From positions 32,001 to 96,000 of the forward strand of contig CAWJZV010000011.1 of the NCBI GenBank assembly GCA_963847445.1: a stretch of 64,000 nucleotides of DNA, read 5' to 3'. The notes under the pieces are model-generated. The model was not told the origin of the DNA. It worked only from the letters and a program-made list of their open reading frames with translations, and made no database searches. Every line of letters starts with the position of its first letter. Position 1 is the stretch's first letter. This stretch comes from an uncultured delta proteobacterium (GTDB lineage: Bacteria > Desulfobacterota > Binatia > UBA9968). Positions 19,656 to 30,820 of the stretch are shown here, one piece after another. Both the position numbers and the translations under genes were made by a program.

Positions 19656-22030
19656 ATGGAACCCACTGAAATCGGCAAATCCTATCGCCGGCTCGATTAC
19701 GAAACCAAGGTGACCGGACGGGCGCAGTACTTGGCGGATATGAGCGTGCCGGGGATGTTGCATGGCAAGATTTTGCGCAGCCCCTACCCGCATGCGCGGA
19801 TCACGCGCATCGACGCGACCAAGGCGGAGAAAGTTCCCGGTGTCATGGCGGTGCTGACACGCGATGACATTTTGCACGACCAAGGCATCGAGCCGTTTTA
19901 CGGGCCGGTGTTCAAGGATCAGACCATCGTCGCGACGGAGAAGGTGCGCCATGTCGGCGATCCGGTGGCGGCGGTGGCGGCATTGACCGTCGATGCCGCT
20001 GAAGCGGCGCTCAAATTAATCGAAGTCGATTATGAGGAGCTGCCGGCGGTGCTCAACATTGACGACGCGCTCAAGGCCGGCGCGATGCTGGTTCACGACT
20101 CGGTCAAGCTGCCGGCTTCCGGTTTCGCCGATCTCGCCGATTTGAAACCCATCGACGGCACTAACCTTTGCACCCACTTCCGCCTCAATCGCGGCGACAT
20201 CGACAAAGGTTTCGCCGACGCGGATCAGGTTTTCGAAGATACCTTCACGCTGCCGGCGACGCAGCATTGTTTTCTCGAGACCCACGCCTGCATCGCGTCC
20301 GTCGAGCCCGGCGGACGCATCACGGTCTGGGCGACGACGCAGAATCCGTTCGTGGTGCGCACCCAGCTGGCGAATATTTTCAAAGTTCCAGTGGCAAAGG
20401 TGCGCGTGATCGTGCCCTACCTCGGCGGCGGTTACGGCGGCAAAGTCTATCCCAAGGTCGAACCGATCACTGTGGCGTTGTCGCAGAAAGCCGGCCGGCC
20501 GGTGCGCTTGGTGCTTTCCCGCGAAGAAGTTTTTTACACCATCACCAAGCATGCGGCGGTGATCCGCATGAAGACCGGCGTGAAAAAGGATGGCACGCTG
20601 ATCGCGCGCGAGTGCGAGATCCATCTCGACACCGGCGCCTACGCCGAGATCGGCCCGCGGGTGGCGAAAAAATCCGGCTACACGGCGGCGGGACCGTATA
20701 AAATTCCCAACCTCAAGATCGATTCCTATTCGGTCTACACCAACAAGCCGCCGGCCGGCGCGTTTCGCGGCTTCGGCGTATCGCAATCGGCATGGGCGGT
20801 GGAGTCGCAGATGGACATCATCGCCGCGGCGCTCAATATGGACCCGGTGGAGCTGCGCAAGCACAACGGCTACAACGAGGGCGATAAGTTCGTCACCGAA
20901 GAGACGCTGCGCGCGGTGGGATTGAAAGAGTGTATTGATGAAGTGGCGAAGTCGATCGGGCTGGGATTCAGCAGGATAGAGATTTCAAAAGTAGGGGCGT
21001 ATTGCCATACGCCCGTGCGGTTCAAGAGCCTGCCCTGAGTCCGTCGAAGGGTTCAACCGCAGGGAACTTGCGGCGCGGCAAAGGGTTGGCGTGCATGATC
21101 AAGGCGACGATTACGCCGTCGATTTCCTGCGCGGTGGTGAAGCTGAACGAAGACGCAAGCCTATCTATATATAGCGGGACCGTGGAGATGGGGCAGGGGT
21201 CGGAGACCGTGCTGGCGCAGATCGCCGGCAAGGAGTTGGGTATTCCGATGCCGACCATTCAAGTGCTCGGCGTCGACACCGACGTGGTGCCGTATGATTT
21301 GACCACTTCGTCGAGCCGTTCGACCTTTCACATGGGCAAGGCGGTGCAGCTGGCCGCCCAGGATATCAAGCGCCAACTCAAGCAGATCGTGGTCAACGAA
21401 TACGACGTGCCGGAAGACAAAATCGATTTCGCCGACGGCAGGATTCGTCTGCCGGAAGCGCAGCTCGACTATGCCGAGGTGATGTTCAAGCGCTTTGGCA
21501 TGCAGGGTGGCACCTTGGTCGGCGAAGGGCAGGTGAAGACTTCGACCAAAGACGAGTTCGGCGAAAAGAGCACTTCGGCGTTTTGGTTTCTCGCCGCCGG
21601 CGCCGCCGAAGTGGAAGTCGACATCGACACCGGCAAATTCAAATTATTGAAATACGCCAGCGCCGTCGATGTCGGCAAGGCGCTCAATCCGCTCGGCTGC
21701 CAACAGCAGTTGGCCGGCGCGGCGATCACCGGCATGGGCCAGGCGATGTTCGAGGAGATCGCCTACGATAACGGCCAACTGATCAATCCCAATTTAGTCG
21801 ATTATGTCCTGCCTTCGCTGGGCGACATGCCTTTGGTCATAGATTCGATCGCCGTCGAAATGCCGGACCGCAACGGCCCCTTCGGCGCCAAGGGCATCGG
21901 CGAGAGCGCGCTGATCCCGGTCGCTCCCGCCATCGCCAACGCGATCTACGACGCCGTCGGTGTGCGCATCAAGGATCTGCCGATCAAGGCGGAAAAGATT
22001 TTTCTTGCGTTGGCAGACGGCAAAGCGTAG
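19656..22030 (+). CDS. Xanthine-dehydrogenase-family molybdopterin subunit (CoxL-like); frameshift near 20960 in a REP-containing linker
   Basis: KVTGRAQY, LGGGYGGK, GAFRGFG, EMGQGSET, SSSRST, GAKGIGE; two ORF halves. Confidence 0.92.
20991..21051. repeat. Two palindromic repeat units inside the CDS: GTAG-REP and an AGCCTGCCCTGAG..GTCGAAGGG unit
   Basis: GTAG-GGGCGTAT-TGCC-ATACGCCC (20991-21014). Unit 21027-21051 resembles the reverse complement of intergenic 61444-61469. Confidence 0.7.
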
Positions 22031-22074
22031 CAGTCGGTCGTCTTGAACATCCTTCGTGCAAAATGGAGCAGATC

Positions 22075-22531
22075 ATGAAGAAGTTGTCGCAAAACAATCA
22101 CGCTGGCTTCTGCCGTCTTTTTACTGTTGAGTATCGCGCCGTTGTCCTCCTGTCTCACCGGTTATCTGGAGGAAGACCTAAAGAAGCAACAGGAACAGAT
22201 TAAGGAGCAGAACGCGGAGATAGCCAGGCAACGGGCAGAACTCGAGGCGATGAGGCAAGGTAAGCAGATTTCAGATCAATGCAACCGCGCCTTCCGCGAC
22301 TATTTCGAAAAGGCACAGCTGTCGACAAACCGCGACGAACAGATTTCCCTGTACCGGCAAGGGTTGCAGCTTTGTCCCGACGACGATGTGGCGCATTATG
22401 AGCTTGGCCGCGCTTTAGTCGACGCCGGCCGGCGCGGTGAAGCGGAACAGGAATTCGCAGCGGCGCTCAAGATCAATCCCGGATTTGCCGAAGCGCGCCG
22501 CCAGTTGGACAGTCTGCGTGGCAACCGCTAA
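22075..22531 (+). CDS. Small exported coiled-coil/TPR protein (possible lipoprotein; 5' frameshift)
   Basis: LSSC lipobox-like, coiled coil, TPR AHYELGRAL..A..EF.AALKINP. Confidence 0.65.
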
Positions 22532-22557
22532 TTTCTCGGCCAAATTTTCAACGGGTC

Positions 22558-23379
22558 ATGTGTAAGCAGTTCCTCGCGCCAGACTTATCAAAGTTCGGAG
22601 GTTCGGTTATGTGCACGCTAGCGGCGATGACGTTGGCGCTGATGATGGCATTCCCGGCGTATGCGCTCGATGAGAAAAAACTCGTCGATCTGACCTACGA
22701 GTTCAGCGCGGAGACCCACCATTGGCCGACGGCGAAACCCTTTCACTTCGAAAAGGTCGCAGAAGGCAGGACACCGGGCGGCTTCTGGTATTCGTCCTAT
22801 AACTACGGCGGCTCGGAGCATGTCGGTACGCATTTGGACGCGCCGTTTCATTTCGCCGAGGGCAAAAGGACCGCCGAGCAAATTCCTCTCTCGCAACTCA
22901 TTGGACCCGGAGCCGTCATCGATGTGAGCCGACAGGTCGGGAAAGATGCCGATTACAAATTGCAGGTGAGCGACATCGCCGCTTGGGAAAAAGCTCATGG
23001 GCGAATTCCCAGCGGAGCGATTTTGTTGATTCGTTCGGGTTGGGGCAAATTCTGGGGCGACCGCAAACGCTACTTCGGTACCGACACGCCGGGCGACACC
23101 GACAATCTCCATTTCCCCGGGCTGTCGAAAGAGGCAGCCGAATTCCTCGTCAAACAGCGGCGTATCAAAGCCGTCGGTATCGATACCCCGAGCATCGATC
23201 ACGGACCGTCGCAGGAATTCTCCACGCATCAGATACTTGGCGCGGCGAATCTGCCGATCTTTGAAAACGTCGCTAACCTGGACCGCCTGCCAGCGAAAAA
23301 CGCGACGATTTACGCCATTCCGATGAAGATCAAAGGCGGCAGCGGCGCGCCGCTGCGAATCTTCGCTATCCTGCCCTAA
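22558..23379 (+). CDS. Cyclase-family metal hydrolase (kynurenine formamidase/isatin hydrolase-like), exported
   Basis: EHVGTHLDAPFH, GIDTPSID, IFENVANL, GGSGAPLR; signal peptide (start may be 22609). Confidence 0.9.
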   Translation: MCKQFLAPDLSKFGGSVMCTLAAMTLALMMAFPAYALDEKKLVDLTYEFSAETHHWPTAKPFHFEKVAEGRTPGGFWYSSYNYGGSEHVGTHLDAPFHFAEGKRTAEQIPLSQLIGPGAVIDVSRQVGKDADYKLQVSDIAAWEKAHGRIPSGAILLIRSGWGKFWGDRKRYFGTDTPGDTDNLHFPGLSKEAAEFLVKQRRIKAVGIDTPSIDHGPSQEFSTHQILGAANLPIFENVANLDRLPAKNATIYAIPMKIKGGSGAPLRIFAILP

Positions 23380-23500
23380 TTGATCGTCCCGAATCTAGGT
23401 ACAATGTTGACCATGGTTCACATTCTGGTACTTTGATGCGCTTTTGCTTTAATAACCAAAAACCGATAAAGTTTACCGCGCTTCTGTAAGGGGGAGAAGT

Positions 23501-24901
23501 ATGATCGGGCGTAAAAAGAGCTTTGCAACTTCGATACTTGCCTATGTATTGGCACTATGGGCGGCGACTCGGCCACTGTTGCCCTAGCCGCTGAGATTCA
23601 GATGCAGATTCAGGCTGTACCGGGAGCTCAAGCGTCGCCATCGCCGACCGGAAAACTGCTGACCATTGAAGACGCGGTGCGGATCGGTTTGGAAAATCAT
23701 CCGAGGATCAAATCGGCCAATGAACGTGTCTTGTCCCAGCAGGCGATCCTCGGCCAGCAGATGGCCGCGTATTATCCGACGATTAGTTTGAGCAATCAGT
23801 ATGAAACCGGGCAAAGCACCACGATCGGCAATGAGCGCGCCAGTGAAGCTTACTCGAGCCAATTTCGCTATGACCACACGCTTTATAATTTCGGCAAACG
23901 GGAAGGCAACGTGCAAGCATCGCGGGAGACCTTGGGCGCGGTCCAACAAGACTATGCGACCACCAATCAGGACATCATTCTTGCGATAAAGCAGGCCTAT
24001 TATGTCTACTTGGGGGCCCAAGCGCTCGTCAACGTGCGCCAGGATACTGTGCGCAGCCGTGAGCTGCTGGTGCGCCAGGCGCGGGGATTTTTCGAAGTGG
24101 GAACGCGGGCCAAGATCGATGTTGCGCGCGCGGAAGCCAACCTTTACACGGCTCAGGCTGACCTCATCGCCGCCGAGAATGCGCGTCAAAATCGCCTGGG
24201 TGACGTCTGCGCAACGCCATGGGATCGCCACGCTTGCCCGAACAGCTGGTGGCCGAGGACTCTCCCGAAGTGGAGCTTTCGATGAATCTCGCCGGAGCGC
24301 GCAACATCGCCTACGACACGCGCACGGAGCTGAAAAGTCTTCGAGGCGCTACGGCGGGCTTCGGACCAGCTCATCGCCACGGCACGGCGCGGCCATCTGC
24401 CTGATGTGATCTTCGATGCCAGTTGGGGGCGCGCGCCATTCGAGCGGTGATGTGGATCAAAGAAACACCTTTCCGCTGCGCGCCAATTGGTCGGTGGGGC
24501 TAAGCCTTAACATTCCGATTTTCGACGGCTTCCGCACGACGCAAAGAGTCGAAGAGACTTTGCACAACTATTACGACGTAAAAGCCCGGGAAGAGGAGCG
24601 CCGGCAGCTGATTGCCCTGGAGGTCGAGCAGTTTTATCTTAGAGTGGTGGAGACCCAGGAGCGCATCAGAGCCAATGAGTCGGCGGCCAAGGCGTCCAAG
24701 GAGAACCTCGATCTCGCCCAAGGCCGCTACCAAGTCGGCGTCGGTTCGATCATCGAAGTGACCGATGCCGAGACCCTTTACACCGACGCGCAAACCACGT
24801 ATGTACGCAGCGTTTATGAATATAAGATTGCCGACGCGCAGCTGGCGCGCGCCATGGGCGATACCCGGGTCGCTGTATTGAAACAGAACTCGATCAAATA
24901 G
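23501..24901 (+). CDS. TolC-family outer-membrane efflux protein (frameshifted)
   Basis: LTIEDAVRIGLENHP, KQAYY, IPIFDGF, RYQVGVGSIIEVTDA. Confidence 0.88.
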
Positions 24902-24935
24902 GTCCAATGTCGGAAAGGGGTATATTAATAACCCT

Positions 24936-26199
24936 ATGAAACGCACTCTATGGATCCTAGCATTTCTCGTAGTGGTCGGCGGCTTCGCCGGCTTTCAACA
25001 GTATCAATCCTGGTCGCTCAATAAGAAACCTCAAGACAACGCGACGGCAAAACCCCAAGGCGGTGCCGGCCAGGGGCAAGGCCGGGGCGCCGGCGGTGGT
25101 GGTCGAGGCCCAGGCCGCGAAGCGGTGCCGGTTTTGGTCGCGACGGCGATGCAAAAATCGGTGCCGATCCAACTTCGCGCCGTCGGCAATGTCGAAGCCT
25201 ACACCACCGTTTCGATTAAGAGCCAAGTCACCGGGGTGCTTCAGAAAGCTCATTTTAAGGAAGGCCAGGACGTCAAAAACGGGCAGTTGCTTTTCACTGT
25301 CGATCCGCGCCCTCTCGAAGCGGCGCTCAAACAGGCTGAGGCGGCATTGGCGCGCGATAGCGCGCAGTTAAGGAATATGCGCGAGCAGCTAAAACGCTAC
25401 AGCGAGTTAGTTGAGAAGCAATATGTCTCGCGCGAGCAATTCGATCAAATCAAAGCCAACGCGGATGCCGCGGAAGCGGTGGTCGATGCCGACAGAGCCG
25501 TTGTCGAGAACGCCAAAGTACAGCTCAGCTACTGCTACATTTATTCACCCGTCAGTGGTCGCATCGGCAGCTTGTTGATCAATGAAGGAAACTTGATTCG
25601 GCTTAATGACGGCGCCCCGCTGGTAGTGATCAACCAAATCAATCCTATCAATGTCACGTTCGCCGTGCCCGAACAGAATTTGGCCGATCTCAAAAGGCAT
25701 ATGGCTGGCGGTAAATTAAAGGCGGAGGCGCAGATTCCAATCGGATGAAGGCCGGCCGGAACAGGGCGTATTAGCATTTATCGATAATGCTGTTGATCGG
25801 TCCACAGGCACCGTTAAGCTGAAGGCCGAGTTCACGAATCAGGAAAGACGGCTTTGGCCAGGTCAATTCGTTAACGTCGCGCTGACGTTGTCGACTCAAG
25901 GGGATGCGGTAGTCGTTCCCTCCGAAGCGGTCCAAGTCGGTCAGGAGGGCCAGTATGTTTTCGTCGTCAAAGAAGACAAGCGGGTCGAAGTTAGACCGGT
26001 GACGATTGGCAGCACCAGTGAAGGCTTAGCGATCATCGCTAAAGGCCTCGCGGTCGGTGAACAGGTCGTGCGTGAAGGCCAGTTTTTGCTTGGCCCGGAA
26101 TCGCGCGTGGACATCAAGGACCAGGGCGGCGTGGCCGAGAAAACCGGCGGCGGAGGGGAAGAAGGGTGGCGCCAACAGAGGCAAGAGAGACAAAGCTAA
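24936..26199 (+). CDS. RND efflux periplasmic adaptor (MdtA-like; frameshift near 25740)
   Basis: FKEGQDVKNGQLLFTVDPRP, IYSPVSGRIG, FIDNAVDRSTGTVKLKA, LWPGQFV. Confidence 0.9.
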
Positions 26200-26223
26200 G
26201 GCGGAAGAAAAAAGAGGTGCATC

Positions 26224-29200
26224 ATGAACATTTCGGCAATATTCATACGCCGTCCGGTAACCACCACGCTGATCATGATCGGGATTCTGATCTTCGGTAG
26301 TTTGGGTTACAAGTCGCTGCCGGTAAGCGATCTTCCGACGGTGGATTTTCCGACCATTACGGTCAACGCCACTCTGCCCGGGGCAAGCGCCGAAACCATG
26401 GCATCGGGGGTGGCAACGCCGCTCGAAAAAAACTTCTCGACCATTGCCGGCCTCGATTCCATGAGTTCGACCAGCAGTTTGGGCCGGACGCAAATAACTC
26501 TGCAGTTTAGTTTGAGCCGCAACGTCGATGCCGCGGCTCAAGACGTGCAGGCGATGATCGCCCGTTCGGCGCGCGACCTGCCGCCCAATATGCCGACTCC
26601 GCCATCTTACCGGAAGGTCAATCCGGCGAACAATTCCATTTTGCTATTGGCGTTGACCTCGCCGACACCTGCCTTTGTCGACCGTCGATGAATTTGCCCA
26701 GACGATCTTAGCGCAGCGGATCTCGATGGTGAGCGGCGTCGCCCAGGTCGATGTTATCGGCTCGCAAAAGTACGCGGTTCGGATTCAGCTGGATCCCAAT
26801 CAGCTGGCCGCCCGCCAGGTTGGCATCGACGATGTGGTCGCCGCGGTGCTGCGCGGCAACGTCGACCTGCCGGTGGGAACCTTGAATGCCCCCACCCGCG
26901 CTTACACGTTAGTTTCAGACGCGCAGCTGACCAACGCGCGCAGCCTATCAGCCGATGGTCGTCACCTATCGCAACGGCGCGGCTGTGCGCATTCAAGACG
27001 TCGGCACCGCGATCGATAGCGTAGAGAACACCAGAGTCGGCAGCTGGTTCAAAGATAAAAGCGCCGTCATCCTCGGAATACAGCGGCAACCGGGCGCCAA
27101 CGTTGTCGAAGTCGTCGATGCCGTCAAGGATATTTTGCCGGGGTTGCGTGCGCAAATTCCGCAGTCGATCAATTTGGAGGTCTTTTTCGACCGCACCCAG
27201 TCGATTCGGGAATCGGTGCACGACGTGCAATTGACCATGATCGGCACGATCTTTCTGGTCATCCTCGTCATCTTCCTGTTTCTGCGCAATGTGTCCGCCA
27301 CGATTATTCCGAGCTTGGCCCTGCCGATGTCGATCATCGGCACGTTTGCCGTAATGTATCTGCTCGATTACAGCCTGGACAACCTGTCGCTGATGGCGCT
27401 GACCCTGGCTGTTGGTTTCGTCGTCGACGACGCCATCGTCGTTCTCGAAAACATCGTCCGCCATATGGAGTTGGGAGAGTCAGCCCTACGAAGCTGCGGT
27501 CAAAGGCGCCCAGGAAATCGGCTTTACGATCGTCACGATGACGATATCGTTGGTGAGCGTTTTCATCCCGGTGCTGTTTATGAGCGGCATGCTCGGACGA
27601 ATTCTGCGGGAATTTTCCGTCACTATCTGCGTCGCGATTCTGGTTTCGGGGTTCATCTCGTTAAGTTTAACTCCCATGCTCGCCAGCCGTTACCTCCGTC
27701 CTGCGCATAATCAGAAGCATGGCTGGTTGTATCATTTCCTCGGCCGCGGTTTGGACGCGCATGAATAATGGCTATGGAAGTTCACTCGGCTGGGTGATGC
27801 GCCACCACGTCACGACTATGGTGGCCTCGCTGCTGGTATTGGTTGCGACCGGTCTATATGTTTGGCTTGGTGCCCAAGGGATTTATTCCGAGCGAAGATA
27901 CCGGTCAACTGTTGATCAACACCGAGGCGGCGCAAGGCGTTTCCTATCGAACAAATGGTCGGATACCAGCAGCAGCTGGCCGCCATCGTCGCCAAGGATC
28001 CCAATGTCGAGTCGTTTTTCTCCAGCGTCGGCGTTGGCGGTGTGGGACTCACCGGCAATACCGGCCGTATTTTTATGAAACTCAAGTCGCGCTCAGAGCG
28101 GCCGGCGGTCTGCTCCGAGAGGGCATGGGGTAAATCCTGCCAGCCACTCAATGCGGATCAGCTGATTCGAGAATTACGACCCAAGCTGGCACGTGTGCCG
28201 GGTATTCGCGTTTCATTGCAGAACCCGCCGGTGATCCGTGTCGGCGGACGACTGAGCCGCAGTCTTTACCAGTTTACCCTGCAGAGTCCGGACGCAGCGG
28301 AACTTTACCGCAACGCCGCGTTATTCGAAGAGAAGATCAAGAGCGTTGCCGGACTTTCAAGATGTCGGCAGCGATTTGCAGCTGAAGAATCCGCAGTTGC
28401 AGGTCGTGATTGACCGCGACAAGATGGCGACCATGGGGATTACGGCGCAAGGAATTTCGCCACGGCAGGTCGAAGAAGCTTTCTGGAACGCTTATGCGAC
28501 GCGGCAAGTCTCGACGATCAATACACCCAACAACCAATACCAGGTGATTTTGGAACTGGATCCGAAATTTCAAAACGACCCATCGGCGCTATCGATGCTC
28601 TATATACGCTCGACTACCGGCCAAGCCGCGACGGCGCAACCGATGGTTCCTTTAGGTTCTCTGGCGACCCTCAAGTATACTGTGGGACCGCTTACGGTTA
28701 ATCACTCCGGCCAGCTCCCTTCGGTGACCATCTCTTTTAACTTGCGCGAGGGGGTGGCGCTTAGGAGACGGCGGTGGCGACCGATCAACAAGCTTGCGCG
28801 TGACAATCTGCCGGGTACGATCAGCACCACTTTTCAAGGCACGGCTCAGGAATTTCAATCGTCCCTCAAGAGCTTATGGGTTCTCTTAGCTCTCGCGGTG
28901 TTCGTCGTTTACTTGGTCTTGGGGATTCTCTATGAGAGCTTTATCCATCCGCTAACGATACTTTCCGGTCTACCGTCCGCCGGTCTCGGCGCTTTGATCG
29001 CGCTTTATCTTTTTAGCATGGACCTGAGTATTTATGCCTTCGTCGGCTTGATCATGCTCATCGGCATCGTCAAGAAAAACGCCATCATGATGATCGACTT
29101 TGCTCTCGACGCCCAGCGCAACGACGGTAAAGCGCCGGCCCAGGCGATCTACGAAGGCGCTTTGGTGCGCTTTCGGCCGATCATGATGACCACCATGGCG

Positions 29201-29470
29201 GCGATCGTCGGTGCGGTGCCCATCGCGGTCGGTTGGGGCGCCGGCGCCGAAGCGCGCCAGCCGCTTGGCATCGCGGTGGTCGGCGGCTTGGTGATTTCGC
29301 AGATCCTCACGCTCTACATCACTCCGGTGGTCTATCTTTACATGGAGAAGTTATTGACGCTTGCAACCGGGCTGCCGGCGCGCTTGCGCGGCAAATCCGC
29401 CGCTGTGCCTGCCGCCGGCTTGACGCCGAATCTCGGCGTCGACGATCCCACCGCGCATAAAGTTTCCTAG
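26224..29470 (+). CDS. RND efflux permease (MdtB/MdtC-like; several frameshifts)
   Basis: FIRRPVTT, LPTVDFPTI, GFVVDDAIVVLENI, GIVKKNAIMMIDFA, RFRPIMMTT. Confidence 0.93.
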
Positions 29471-29501
29471 GCGCTCGCCGGACCAAAGGAATGAACATCA
29501 T

Positions 29502-29534
29502 AGGCCATCGTCTGGCAACAGACGGTGGCCTTTT
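29502..29534 (+). terminator. Rho-independent terminator
   Basis: aggccatcgtctg-GCAA-cagacggtggcct followed by ttt. Confidence 0.7.
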
Positions 29535-29630
29535 AGCGTATGCTGTAGCCGTGATCCTTCGTCCAAAACCAATCATATCTCGCTGCCAGGTCGCCAACCT
29601 GCCCCCGTCGGGCTTAGCGGGCGATTACCG

Positions 29631-30766
29631 ATGAAACCGCCGAGTTGGCCGGTTATCGTTGTCGCTGGCGCTCTGGCACTGCTGGCTCTGGGTTTATTCC
29701 GCTTGGGCATGATCCCTTGGCAGCAGGTTACCGATGCCGAGGAAATTGTCGTCGCCGTCGCCGCGGTGAAGCCAGAGTCGCGGCCGGTGGTCCTACGCAT
29801 GAGCGGCGAGCTTCAGCCGAGCGCCGAAGTCGATGTGGTATCGCGGCTTGCCGGCAGGTTGACCGAGGTTAAATTTAAAACCGGCGATAGCGTGACCGCC
29901 GGTGCCGTGGTGGCGACGGTATACTCGGGCGAGCTGAGCGAGCGCGCCCGAGTGGTCGAAGCCGGGCTCACCGCGACCCGAACGCAGCTCCAGGAAAGAG
30001 AACAGCAAGTCGCGGCGGCGGAAAAACGGCTGGCCCACGACAAAGAGCTTTATCGTCAGGACTTGATCGCCCGGCGCGATGTCGAACAGTCTGAGATCCA
30101 AGCCGCCACGGCGCGGGCGGAGCTTGAGTTGGCGCGCGCCCACTTGGCACAGGAGGAAGCGATGTTGAGCCAGGCGCGCAAGCTGCAACAACTAACGCGT
30201 ATCGTCGCGCCGGTGAGTGGCGTGGTCGCCGGTGCCTTGCCGGCGGGCGTCCCAGTCAATGAGGCGCGCGCGATTCTTGCCATCGCACAAATCGATCGGT
30301 TGAAGCTGGTGGGCGCAGTGCCGGCGGGCTTTAAAGAGTTAATTCGCGACGGCATGACCGCGCAAGTTTCCCCCGGGCCCGGGAATGGGCCGGGGGGGCG
30401 CGTGCGGGGAGAGTGGTGCGCCTAGACGGCACCGCCGTCGGCGACGAGATTCAGCTGGAAATCAGCGTCGATAATCGCGATCGCGCCATGACCGTCGGCA
30501 CCGTCGTCGAAGCTGCGCTAACTCTGGCGCATCAAGAGCAAGTAATGACGATACCCCGGTCGGCGCTGCAGGCGGTGGCCGGCCAACATCATGTTTATCT
30601 AATTATCGACGGTCGTGCCGTGCGGCGCGCGGTGAAACTCGCCGATGAAAACGCAGACCCAGTGGCGATTCGCGATGGCTTGAATGCCGGCGATAGAGTG
30701 ATTGCCAATCGGCTTAGCGAAATCACCGAAGGCGCGCGCGTGCGCCCGGCGCCAACGGCGAAATGA
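29631..30766 (+). CDS. Second, divergent RND periplasmic adaptor subunit (frameshift near 30400)
   Basis: SRLAGRLTEVKFKTGDSV, coiled coil, RIVAPVSGVV, IPRSAL, GLNAGDRVI. Confidence 0.8.
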
Positions 30767-30820
30767 CTGTCATGGTCGATATCGCCGGGAGTTGCGATGA
30801 GATGGATTCCTCGCGGCTGG

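Noticed and set aside
18221-22030. Aerobic CO dehydrogenase (coxMSL)
   Set aside because: The active-site loop is AFRGFG, not AYxCSFR (form I) or AYRGAGR (form II), and no cox accessory genes are present.
25740-25750. TGA ending the first MFP ORF as selenocysteine
   Set aside because: Homology continues in a different frame and the position is not a Cys site; it is an indel artefact.
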